NCBI GenBank assembly: GCA_021734905.1 | Contig: JAIPIB010000002.1 | Location: forward strand, 111,386-175,385 | Length of the DNA stretch: 64,000 nt | Source of the DNA: Minisyncoccota bacterium | GTDB taxonomy: Bacteria > Patescibacteriota > Minisyncoccia > Phycocordibacterales > UBA918 | Direction: 5' to 3' | Shown: piece after piece, positions 38,627 to 47,690 of the stretch | How the letters are laid out: each line of letters begins with the position of its first letter | Position numbering within the stretch: position 1 is the stretch's first letter | Program-made: the position numbers and the translations under genes | The notes under the pieces: generated by a model | What the model was told of the DNA's origin: nothing | What the model saw: the letters and a program-made list of their open reading frames with translations, nothing else | Database searches by the model: none

Positions 38627-38929
38627 ATGACACGCAGGACAAAGCACACATGCCCAATTACGAAGGTAATTACTCTTCTTTCAGATCGTTGGACAATGTT
38701 TATAATGAGCGCACTTATTGAAGAACCAAAGAGATTTTCCGAGCTTGAGAAGTGGCTTGAACAAATTTCTTCACGGACACTAACGCTTAAACTAAAAAAA
38801 CTTGTTGAGGAGGGTTTTGTACAAAAATCAGATTCCGGGGTTTACAGTCTTACAAAAAAGGGGCAAGGCTTAAGAATAGTCGTGCGCGCAATGAAGAAGT
38901 ATAACGACCTGTACCTACGATTTCAGTAA
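38627..38929 (+). CDS. HxlR-family (MarR-like) winged-helix transcriptional regulator
   Basis: CPITKVITLLSDRWTMFIMSAL...FSELEKWLEQISSRTLTLKLKKLVEEGFV matches HxlR/DUF24 signature. Confidence 0.75.
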   Translation: MTRRTKHTCPITKVITLLSDRWTMFIMSALIEEPKRFSELEKWLEQISSRTLTLKLKKLVEEGFVQKSDSGVYSLTKKGQGLRIVVRAMKKYNDLYLRFQ

Positions 38930-38956
38930 ATGAATTATTAATATTATCTTTTACAT

Positions 38957-40537
38957 ATGATACTAACAGCAAAAAAAATACTCTTGGGAACAATTACTTT
39001 TTTTCTTCCTCCAACGACACGGACAAAAGTCATTCGACTTGGTGTCTTAATAATTGCTCTTGTCAGTATTGTTGTGCTTATTAACAAAAACTCCGAGATA
39101 GCAGAAGAGACCGGAGCACTTCCTCCAATTGTTTTTGTTGGAACAGTATCAGACTTAGACACAGACACAGGATCTTCATTTGTTGGAACTGTCCGTGCAG
39201 TGAGTGAAGCACAAATTCAATCAGAAATCGGTGGACGAATAACGTCGGTAAATGTAAAGCCCAGTGACAAAGTCTCAGCAGGAGCTATTCTCGCCTCACT
39301 TGAAAACAGTTCACAGCGAGCGGCACTTCTGCAGGCACAAGGAGCCTACGAAGCAACCCTTGCAACCACCGAACAGAGTAATATATCTGCAAATGATGCC
39401 CAAAACACACTTCTTGCTGCACAAAATAATGTCGTCACAACATATAGGAACGCATACACAACAGTCAATTCTATCGTTATATCTACAGTAGATACATTTT
39501 TCAGCAATCCAAATGCGCAATCAACTCCTGGCGTTATGGTAGACACTTCCATCAACAACACTATTTTTCTCAACAAAACTCGTGTTGCACTTCAGAAAAT
39601 ACTCACTGACTGGCAAAACTCGAGTAACTCTCTAACTTCAACATCTGATCTTGAGGCTCATTTACTTGAGGCTGAAGCAACTATAAAAACTGTAGTCTCG
39701 CTTGTAGATATTCTCATCACAGCATCAAATAACGCAGCTCTTAGCGACACTATTGATGGACAACTCACCACAAGCTACACAAGTTCCCTTACAACTGCAC
39801 GAGCAACTCTAGATAGCACACTGAGCGCAATATCAAACGCTCGGACTGGACTATCCTCAGCTCGTGAAAATCTCCGCCGTGCACAAATCGGAAGTACACA
39901 AAATGCCGAAGTTTCACTTGCTGGCGCTCAAATTAAACAAGCTCTCGGTTCATTAAGAAGCGCACAGGCTAATTATGAAAAAACTATTTTTCGTTCACCT
40001 ATTTCCGGGACAGTTAACAGTGTGCGTATTCATGTAGGAGATTTCATTCCTGCATTTACACAAGTAGCTGAGGTCGCAAATAATACAGCGCTCCAAATAT
40101 CAATTTACGCCGGAGAAAGCGACCTTCCTCGCTTTACTGTCGGAGGCACAGTCAAGATAGGAAAATCTGCGACTGGAATTATTACCACTATCGCACCAGC
40201 AATAGACTCTTTGACTCAAAAAACCGAAATAAAAATTGCAACAGAGTCTACTGAACTTACTAACGGGGCGACGGTCACGGTAACACTTGATCAAGCCAAA
40301 GATTTATTTGTTGAGGGGACCCCACTATATATTCCAATCACCGCAGTTAAGTTTTCAGCAACTGACGGCGTTGTCTTTACTGTTTCTGAAGAGAAACTTG
40401 TTGCAAACCCAGTACAAATCGGAGCGATCTCAGGATCATTCGTTAATATCACTGAAGGTATGGACAGAGACACTATTTTTGTACTTGACGCTCGAGGGCT
40501 TTCAGAAGGACAACATGTAGAATCTACACGCAAATAA
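38957..40537 (+). CDS. efflux RND periplasmic adaptor (membrane fusion protein) with extended coiled-coil
   Basis: N-terminal TM anchor, biotinyl/lipoyl-like half (RVIRAVSEAQIQSEIGGRITSVNVKPSDKV), long alpha-helical hairpin, beta-barrel C-term. Confidence 0.7.
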   Translation: MILTAKKILLGTITFFLPPTTRTKVIRLGVLIIALVSIVVLINKNSEIAEETGALPPIVFVGTVSDLDTDTGSSFVGTVRAVSEAQIQSEIGGRITSVNVKPSDKVSAGAILASLENSSQRAALLQAQGAYEATLATTEQSNISANDAQNTLLAAQNNVVTTYRNAYTTVNSIVISTVDTFFSNPNAQSTPGVMVDTSINNTIFLNKTRVALQKILTDWQNSSNSLTSTSDLEAHLLEAEATIKTVVSLVDILITASNNAALSDTIDGQLTTSYTSSLTTARATLDSTLSAISNARTGLSSARENLRRAQIGSTQNAEVSLAGAQIKQALGSLRSAQANYEKTIFRSPISGTVNSVRIHVGDFIPAFTQVAEVANNTALQISIYAGESDLPRFTVGGTVKIGKSATGIITTIAPAIDSLTQKTEIKIATESTELTNGATVTVTLDQAKDLFVEGTPLYIPITAVKFSATDGVVFTVSEEKLVANPVQIGAISGSFVNITEGMDRDTIFVLDARGLSEGQHVESTRK

Positions 40538-40540
40538 TAT

Positions 40541-43500
40541 ATGTGGGAATTCTTCATAAAAAATAGTAAGTTTGCAAATCTATTCATTATCGTACTCATT
40601 GCGCTTGGTCTTTATTCTATTTCAGTGATTCCGCGAGAATCATCACCTGAGGTTGTCATCCCTATAGGAATAGTTACAACAGTACTGACGGGTGCGCCGG
40701 CTGCAGATATTGAGTCACTTGTCACGAATAAAATTGAACGTGGGCTTTCTTCCCTAACAAATGTAAAAAAGATAACATCAACATCACGTGAAGGTGTTTC
40801 ATCAATAATTGTTGAATTCGACGCTGAGGCTGACATTGATACATCAATCACCGACCTTAAAGACACTCTTGATTCAATTGAGCGCGATCTGCCAAGTGAC
40901 GTGACCGGTCCATTTGTTTCAAAAGTTGATTTCGTCAATCAGCCGATTTTATCTATTTCTTTCTCTGGAGATCTTGATGATCGTAATTTCATAACACTTT
41001 CAGATAATATCGAAGATGAGATCGAGTCAGTATCAGGAGTATCGCGGGTAGTTAAGCAAGGAGTTTCAGAAAGAGAAGTTACGGTGATTGTTAATCAGAC
41101 AGCTCTTGAACAGTTTTCTATTGACTTAAACAAAATTTCGAACGCCATACGAAATGCAAACACAACATTTCCAATTGGTCAGATAAAGCAAAGCGGCATT
41201 ATTTACAATATTGCGTTCGAAGGTGACATAACTGACACTGCACAAATTTCAAACATAGGAATCACAACAAGAGGTGGTCAGCCTGTGTTCATTCGTGATG
41301 TTGCAACAGTAATTGACGGGACAGCACCCGTAGCATCTCTCTCCAGACTGAGCGTAAATGGGAGTCCTTCGCAGAAAGCTATTTCCTTTGATGTCTACAA
41401 ACAGTCTGGCGGTGATATTACACGCATAGCAAAAGATGTTAATGGACTTATCAGAGACCTCCAGGAACCAGGTAAGCTTCTCGAAGAAATCACTGCAGTG
41501 ACAAATCTCGATGCAGGAGAACAAATTGAAACAGACCTTATGAGGCTTTCGTTTTCAGGAATTCAGACAGTCTTTCTTGTGATTCTTCTCCTCATTGTAA
41601 CTATAGGTTGGCGTGAGGGACTTCTGGCTGGGGCAGCAATTCCACTTTCTTTCCTCTTTGGTTTTATTGGATTATATCTCTCTGGTAATACTATAAATTT
41701 CTTAAGTCTTTTTTCACTGATTCTTGGTATTGGTATCCTCGTCGACTCTGCAATTGTTATGGTTGAAGGCATTAATCGCCGCATGAAAGATGACCTCACT
41801 ATAGACAAAAAACAAGCCGCCATAGCAGCCATCAGAGAATTTTCTGCACCATTGATTTCAGGAACGCTTACTACTGTGGCAATGTTTACGGGACTCTTCA
41901 TTGTCTCTGGTGTAACAGGACAATTCATTGCAAGTATCCCCTTCACGCTCATTTTCCTTCTTCTTGCTTCATTGTTCGTCTCGCTCGCAATAATCCCCCT
42001 GCTTGCATCAAGATTTTTACACAGAAAGAATACCAGCGTTTTTGAAGAAAAGCAGGTCATCTACGCACACAAACTCGAAACCTGGTATAAAGCGAAACTC
42101 GCAGGAATCATTGGACATCCGCACAAAGAGAAACGGTTTATGTGGGGCATCAGAATAGCCCTTGTACTAGTTCTCCTTCTTCCGGTCTTTGGTGTTGTTA
42201 AAGTTGTATTTTTTGAACAAAGTGATGTTGACTTTATAATCACAGAGATAGAAAAACCAGAAGGAACAACAAAAGAAACCACTGACATCGCCGTGCGTCG
42301 TGTTGAGGAGATACTTTACAGTGAACCAAATATTGAATCCTTTGTTGTTACTGTGGGAAGCGGTAGTCAATTTACGAATGGCGGTACTGGAGAAAAACTT
42401 GCAAACATTCTTATCTCCTTGAAGAAAGGCAGAGAAGAAACAAGTACCGAGATTGTTGAAAAACTTCGTACTGAGTTTACTTCCTTGCGAGACATACGAG
42501 TTTCTGTAAACCAACCAAGTGACGGCCCTCCAACTGGTGCAGATATTGTCGTAAAATTCCTTGGAAATGACCTGAACGAAATTACCCGCATAGCGAATGA
42601 ATCTGTTGAAATACTCAAATCAATTGAGCACTCTGTGAACGTTGAGGCGAGCACGAACAGTAACAACACTGAGTTTGTCCTTGAGCTAGACCGAGCAAAG
42701 ACAGCAGCGCTCGGACTTAATCCATTTACCATATCTCAAATCGCTCATGCTGCAGTATTTGGCACTGATGCAACCTCCCTCACCTCGCTCGCAAGTGATA
42801 TTGATGTAGTTGTAAAACTTAATATAGAAAATCTAAAAGATGTCACCAGTGATACCACAAACGAGACTAACATTAATGCTCTCGGAAGAATTACAATTCC
42901 AACACAAAATGGAAATATACCACTTTCATCTCTTGTCCGTGTCTCGATGCGTGAGTCAAGTTCTGTTATAAACCATGAGGATAATAAGCGTATTGTCTCG
43001 GTGACGTCTGATGTAACCACTCTGGGAAATGTTCGTGATATACAAGCTGAAGCATTGCAACGAATAAAAAATGAAATCGCAATACCAGAAGGAGTAATAA
43101 TAAGTTCAGGAGGTGGCGAAACTGATGAATCCAACAAAGCATTCCAAGAAATGTTTCTTGCATTAATTGTCGGCGTGCTTCTTATGATCGGAATTCTTGT
43201 GCTCCAATTCAACTCGTATCTCCATACTCGATATGTACTTTCTATCTTGCCTTACTCACTTATTGGAATAATGATCGGTCTTGCAATCACCAAAAACTCA
43301 CTTTCATTCCCTTCCATCATGGGGTTCATTGCACTTTCTGGAATTGTCGTAAATAACTCAATCCTGCTTATTGATATGATGAATAAAATGCGGAAGGAAA
43401 ACCCAGAGAAACCAATTCGTGATGTCGTGATTGATTCTGCAGGAAATCGTCTTCGACCGATCCTTCTTACGACCATTACAACAGTTATTGGTATGATTCC

Positions 43501-43630
43501 ACTTACGTATGCTGGTGACCTTTGGGCACCGCTCGCTTACGCTGTGATGTTTGGACTTGTCTTCTCTGTTGTCATTACCCTTGTTCTTATACCAATCGTC
43601 TACGATCGAAGACCTGGTGATATTGGATAG
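40541..43630 (+). CDS. RND family efflux transporter permease (AcrB/HAE-type), 12 TM
   Basis: 1029 aa; two large periplasmic loops; typical AcrB-like TM segments. Confidence 0.8.
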   Translation: MWEFFIKNSKFANLFIIVLIALGLYSISVIPRESSPEVVIPIGIVTTVLTGAPAADIESLVTNKIERGLSSLTNVKKITSTSREGVSSIIVEFDAEADIDTSITDLKDTLDSIERDLPSDVTGPFVSKVDFVNQPILSISFSGDLDDRNFITLSDNIEDEIESVSGVSRVVKQGVSEREVTVIVNQTALEQFSIDLNKISNAIRNANTTFPIGQIKQSGIIYNIAFEGDITDTAQISNIGITTRGGQPVFIRDVATVIDGTAPVASLSRLSVNGSPSQKAISFDVYKQSGGDITRIAKDVNGLIRDLQEPGKLLEEITAVTNLDAGEQIETDLMRLSFSGIQTVFLVILLLIVTIGWREGLLAGAAIPLSFLFGFIGLYLSGNTINFLSLFSLILGIGILVDSAIVMVEGINRRMKDDLTIDKKQAAIAAIREFSAPLISGTLTTVAMFTGLFIVSGVTGQFIASIPFTLIFLLLASLFVSLAIIPLLASRFLHRKNTSVFEEKQVIYAHKLETWYKAKLAGIIGHPHKEKRFMWGIRIALVLVLLLPVFGVVKVVFFEQSDVDFIITEIEKPEGTTKETTDIAVRRVEEILYSEPNIESFVVTVGSGSQFTNGGTGEKLANILISLKKGREETSTEIVEKLRTEFTSLRDIRVSVNQPSDGPPTGADIVVKFLGNDLNEITRIANESVEILKSIEHSVNVEASTNSNNTEFVLELDRAKTAALGLNPFTISQIAHAAVFGTDATSLTSLASDIDVVVKLNIENLKDVTSDTTNETNINALGRITIPTQNGNIPLSSLVRVSMRESSSVINHEDNKRIVSVTSDVTTLGNVRDIQAEALQRIKNEIAIPEGVIISSGGGETDESNKAFQEMFLALIVGVLLMIGILVLQFNSYLHTRYVLSILPYSLIGIMIGLAITKNSLSFPSIMGFIALSGIVVNNSILLIDMMNKMRKENPEKPIRDVVIDSAGNRLRPILLTTITTVIGMIPLTYAGDLWAPLAYAVMFGLVFSVVITLVLIPIVYDRRPGDIG

Positions 43631-43644
43631 CACACTTACACAAC

Positions 43645-43684
43645 AAAAAAACATGGGGACGATGCGTCTCCATGTTTCTTTTTG
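43645..43684 (+). terminator. intrinsic terminator after RND gene
   Basis: hairpin ACATGGGG...CTCCATGT followed by TTCTTTTTG. Confidence 0.55.
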
Positions 43685-43721
43685 CTAAAAGATACAATAT
43701 TAAATATTTGTATGAGTATAA

Positions 43722-44141
43722 TTAAATTATACCATCAAGCGATTCCATACCATCAATCTGAGTTATTTCAGCTACTTTTTTCCTAACACCATATGCTTCT
43801 GGAAGGTGTCCAATAAGCTCTGCTTTCTTTACTAACATCGCCTGTATTTCCATCTTTGTTTTTGAAACACCAGGGTCAATTATTTCTTTGAGTATTCCCG
43901 CTACTTCGCCTAAGATTTTTACATACTCCTCAGTACGACTAAATGGAAAAACTGTACTTCCTTCCTCTGGAGAAATAACTCGTGCAATCTGACTGAGAGC
44001 ATCTCTTTCCATAGGATCGATATTAGCGATGTCCCGAGTAAATCTTTCATCAAGTAAAAGTTTTTCTGGATCCATTTTTTGTGACCCACCTGTTTCATAA
44101 TTCATATCATTCAAGTTTACTATATAAATACTACTGAGCAA
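43722..44141 (-). CDS. hypothetical protein
   Basis: ORF track only; start may be internal ATG. Confidence 0.4.
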   Translation of the reverse strand: MLSSIYIVNLNDMNYETGGSQKMDPEKLLLDERFTRDIANIDPMERDALSQIARVISPEEGSTVFPFSRTEEYVKILGEVAGILKEIIDPGVSKTKMEIQAMLVKKAELIGHLPEAYGVRKKVAEITQIDGMESLDGII

Positions 44142-44150
44142 CTAGGCAAA

Positions 44151-44684
44151 TTATTGAACAAATAGTGTATACATAAATGTTACAATCGGGTCAATTTCAG
44201 GACCATACACAAGTGAAGCTCCTAAACTACCCGTAATTATCATAAACACCATACCAATGACAGCAAGCAAAACAGAATATTTTTGTATAAGTTTAGACAA
44301 CGATACAAAAAGTTGGATTTTCGTTACTCGTGATAACCAGCCAAATTTCTTGCAATACTCAAATAAATAACTGGCAGCAATAATTGAAAATATTGTAATA
44401 GTTGCACCTGCATAGAGCGAATGTTGTTCAACAAGAGGAAGGAGATTTGCTCCAATGACTGAGTTCTCACCACTATGAATAAGTTCTTCTGCCATATCTC
44501 CTGTCGCTACCGCGAGATATATTGAGACTGTCCCTATAACGACGAGGACGGCCTTAAATTCAAAATAAAATTGTTTTCTCGTAATAATAGCCAATCTGCT
44601 TACCTCAAGGAGAAAATAAAGTGTCAAAATTCCTATCGGAAAGTGAACAAAAAGTGGATGGATGTTCATATTTCTCGAAAACAA
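44151..44684 (-). CDS. DUF2231-like membrane protein
   Basis: N-terminal HPLFVHFPIG signature; 4-5 TM. Confidence 0.5.
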   Translation of the reverse strand: MFSRNMNIHPLFVHFPIGILTLYFLLEVSRLAIITRKQFYFEFKAVLVVIGTVSIYLAVATGDMAEELIHSGENSVIGANLLPLVEQHSLYAGATITIFSIIAASYLFEYCKKFGWLSRVTKIQLFVSLSKLIQKYSVLLAVIGMVFMIITGSLGASLVYGPEIDPIVTFMYTLFVQ

Positions 44685-44804
44685 ACCTTCTAATAACTAA
44701 TACGATTTAAGTATATCACTAGCCATACCATCTCGGCCATGCTGAATTGAATTACCTCTCCTACAAACAATCTCCCTTATTAAAAATATGCTAGAATAAT
44801 CAAT

Positions 44805-45734
44805 ATGATAAAAAATATCGCCGTAGGTATCGTACTCATTATTATTGGTGTTGGTGCGTTCTTTTTAATTCAAAAGTCTTCTCTTCCGCCTGAGATGCCA
44901 ACTTTAGAAAGTACTCCACAAACTGTTGTGCCTGAGGTAGAGACGGCTACTGAGGTTGTTGATGAAACAGTACAAGTTCCCCCAATAGATGAAACGAGAA
45001 CAGTGATTGGCACCTCAGTTGAGGGTCGTGATATTACTGCGTATCACTTTGGAGTAGGAGATACAGAAATTTTGTTCGTTGGTGGCATTCATGGAGGATA
45101 TGAATGGAATACCTCTCTCGTTGCGTATGAACTCATGGATTATCTTGAGGAGAATTCTGACTCTCTACCAAAAGATGTCACCGTGACTGTTATTCCTGTA
45201 CTTAATCCTGATGGATTATTCAAAGTAACAGGAAGTGACGAAAAATTTAAATCTTCAGACATTACAATGACGGAGTCGCAGACAATCCCTGGTCGCTTCA
45301 ATGCCAACAACGTTGACCTCAATCGTAACTTTAACTGTGACTGGCAGGAACAAGGGGTTTGGAGAAATACAAAAGTAAGTGGTGGGTCATCTGCATTTTC
45401 GGAGCCAGAGAGCCGTGCCATTAAATCGTACGTGGAGTCGCACGTACTTGATGCGGTTGTAGTTTGGTATAGTGCTGCAGGAGGTGTATTCGCATCAAAC
45501 TGTCACGGTGATGTCCTTCCTCAGACACAGAAAATCACCAATCTCTATGCAAAAGCTTCTGGCTATCCAGCTCATGAAAGTTTTGACTTCTATACAGTAA
45601 CTGGTGACATGGTTAACTGGCTTGCAAAAAATAATATTCCTGCAATCAGCGTTCTATTGACCTCACATACAGATACAGAATGGGATAAAAACAAAGCTGG
45701 AATCGACGCCATCCTTAAACAATACGCAGAGTAA
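44805..45734 (+). CDS. secreted/anchored M14-family zinc carboxypeptidase-like protein (paralog 1)
   Basis: IGTSVEGR...GGIHGGYEW...NPDG...VDLNRNF motifs; N-terminal TM/signal. Confidence 0.65.
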   Translation: MIKNIAVGIVLIIIGVGAFFLIQKSSLPPEMPTLESTPQTVVPEVETATEVVDETVQVPPIDETRTVIGTSVEGRDITAYHFGVGDTEILFVGGIHGGYEWNTSLVAYELMDYLEENSDSLPKDVTVTVIPVLNPDGLFKVTGSDEKFKSSDITMTESQTIPGRFNANNVDLNRNFNCDWQEQGVWRNTKVSGGSSAFSEPESRAIKSYVESHVLDAVVVWYSAAGGVFASNCHGDVLPQTQKITNLYAKASGYPAHESFDFYTVTGDMVNWLAKNNIPAISVLLTSHTDTEWDKNKAGIDAILKQYAE

Positions 45735-46678
45735 TGCAATACATTCATATTCGTCTAATCAAGGGTACTTTAATTCTCTTGCTTTTGTTCTGTCTCAGTT
45801 TTTTAACAAGTGTTGTTCTCAAAAAAGAAGCTCCAATACCAACCACGCCAGAACCCATAACAAATACTAATGTCACTGTTGCTGAAGAAATAAAAAAGCT
45901 TCGTACGGAAATAATAGGAACCTCAGTAGAAGGACGCTCCATTATGACTTACACATACGGACATGGCGATACTCAACTACTCTTTGTTGGTGGCATTCAT
46001 GGAGGATATGAATGGAACAGCCAGCTTTTGGCATACCAATTTATTGACTATCTTGAAATCAACGAGAGTACTATTCCAGAAAATATTACAGTGACCATAA
46101 TCCCCTCAGCAAATCCTGATGGCCTTCATGCCGTTATAGGTAAAGAAGGTCGTTTTGATGAATCCGATGCAGCTACCGAAAATACATCAGCAGGGCTCGG
46201 TAGATTTAACACGAACAACGTTGACCTCAATCGTAATTTTGACTGTAAGTGGAAACCCGAGAGTATGTGGCGTGGAAATGTCGTAAGTGCAGGCACTGCA
46301 GCATTTTCAGAACCAGAAAGTGCTGCGCTTCGTGACTTTGTAATAAAAATTAAACCATCAGCGGTCGTTTTCTGGCATAGCCAGTCAAACGCCGTGTATG
46401 CTTCTGAATGTGAAAATGGGATTCTTCCTGAAACTTATACTCTCATGAATACCTACGCGACTGCAGCAAAGTACCCTGCTGTCGATACATTTGATGCATA
46501 CGAAATTACAGGAGACGCTGAAGGATGGCTTGCTTCAATAGGTATCCCGGCAATTACTGTAGAACTATCGACACACAAGAATACAGACTGGGAGAAGAAT
46601 CTTGCTGGAGTCAGCGCTTTGTTTATGAAATACAAAACACCCCCTCCACTCGAGGTAGACACTTCTGATAATTTATAG
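45734..46678 (+). CDS. M14-family zinc carboxypeptidase-like protein (tandem paralog 2)
   Basis: same motifs as upstream gene, clearly alignable over full length. Confidence 0.65.
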   Translation: MQYIHIRLIKGTLILLLLFCLSFLTSVVLKKEAPIPTTPEPITNTNVTVAEEIKKLRTEIIGTSVEGRSIMTYTYGHGDTQLLFVGGIHGGYEWNSQLLAYQFIDYLEINESTIPENITVTIIPSANPDGLHAVIGKEGRFDESDAATENTSAGLGRFNTNNVDLNRNFDCKWKPESMWRGNVVSAGTAAFSEPESAALRDFVIKIKPSAVVFWHSQSNAVYASECENGILPETYTLMNTYATAAKYPAVDTFDAYEITGDAEGWLASIGIPAITVELSTHKNTDWEKNLAGVSALFMKYKTPPPLEVDTSDNL

Positions 46679-46762
46679 AGCGAAAATGGTTACATAACGA
46701 ATGCCGCTTTGCAAGAACTTCGTACTCTTACCCTAAATTAGGTTAAGTCTTATACTCCTTAT

Positions 46763-47221
46763 TCACTGAACTTTTACTTTTTGCTTTGGACTTACATGAG
46801 ATTCACCATGAACAAGACGAGGAATGTGTAGTGTAATAATTGCAACAACAGTTGCAAAGAAACCTATCATATAGAAACCAAAACCAAACGCCATTCCAAT
46901 TGCTGCGGCAAACCAAAGACTTGCTGCTGTTGTCAAGTTATGGACTACAGTTCCCTTTTTCAAAATAAGCCCCGCTCCAAGAAACCCAATACCTGTCACA
47001 ATCTGAGCTGCGATTCTTGAACTATGATCAGGCTCGACCTGAAGTGAAATATAAGTAAAGAGCATTGAGCCCATGATGACAAGGGTGTGCGTGCTTATAC
47101 CCGCATCTTTACCCCTTGCTTCACGTTCAATGCCAATTGCCAATCCTGCAAGAAGACATAGCAAAAGATTAAAAAAAAATGTTAGTTCAGTTTGAGAAAA
47201 TATACTAGCGATCATATACAA
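46763..47221 (-). CDS. mgtC: MgtC/SapB family membrane protein (no ACT domain)
   Basis: GLAIGIEREARGKDAGISTHTLV and following TM pattern typical of MgtC. Confidence 0.75.
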   Translation of the reverse strand: MYMIASIFSQTELTFFFNLLLCLLAGLAIGIEREARGKDAGISTHTLVIMGSMLFTYISLQVEPDHSSRIAAQIVTGIGFLGAGLILKKGTVVHNLTTAASLWFAAAIGMAFGFGFYMIGFFATVVAIITLHIPRLVHGESHVSPKQKVKVQ

Positions 47222-47292
47222 AAACTATACGGCAATGCTAGTTCTTTTCATAGTGTCGACACGTGTATAGTGCGAGAAAAATAAAGCATGAT

Positions 47293-47336
47293 CAACTTAC
47301 TCTATCTCGTCCACGTGGGCAAGATAGAGTAAGTTG
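47293..47336. promoter_or_regulatory. 15-bp inverted repeat CAACTTACTCTATCT...AGATAGAGTAAGTTG around CCACGTGG core
   Basis: read directly; lies in 470-bp intergenic region between divergent mgtC and DEAD-box helicase. Confidence 0.4.
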
Positions 47337-47495
47337 AAAAATGGACTACTTAAATTTAGGATAAAGGGATATTTCAGTAAGGTGCTTGCTCTGTATTTCT
47401 TATGTATAAAATTCACACTTTTTCCGATGACTGCCACGGGGTAGTCGATTGGTATTTGTCTTGCGCAAGACAAGTCATAGAAATGTAATCAAGAC

Positions 47496-47545
47496 GCAAA
47501 CTAACAGCACTGATCTGTTTAAACAGATCAGTGCTGTTAGTTTGC
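47496..47545. repeat. 50-nt perfect palindrome (25-bp arms, GCAAACTAACAGCACTGATCTGTTT|AAACAGATCAGTGCTGTTAGTTTGC), preceded by 14-bp palindrome GTCTTGCGCAAGAC at 47458-47471
   Basis: read directly; both arms verified base-by-base. Confidence 0.7.
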
Positions 47546-47690
47546 TTTATTAAAGTGTGCTGTACAATTATTTGACATAAATCTGTTTATATATTATTAT
47601 ACAGTCACCTTAAGATTCTCGTGTAGGGCTCTGGGGTTCGAACTACGATTCGGTTTACTACCTGCACAGCCCTATAGATTAACTACATAA

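Noticed and set aside
40612-43476. Multiple 60-165-aa ORFs antisense within the RND transporter gene
   Set aside because: Fully embedded opposite a confidently identified 1029-aa CDS. Typical spurious antisense ORFs.
47624-47674. tRNA gene containing GGGGTTCGAAC T-loop-like motif upstream of DEAD-box helicase
   Set aside because: The element is only ~51 nt and cannot form a D arm or anticodon arm. Kept as a structured leader element only.
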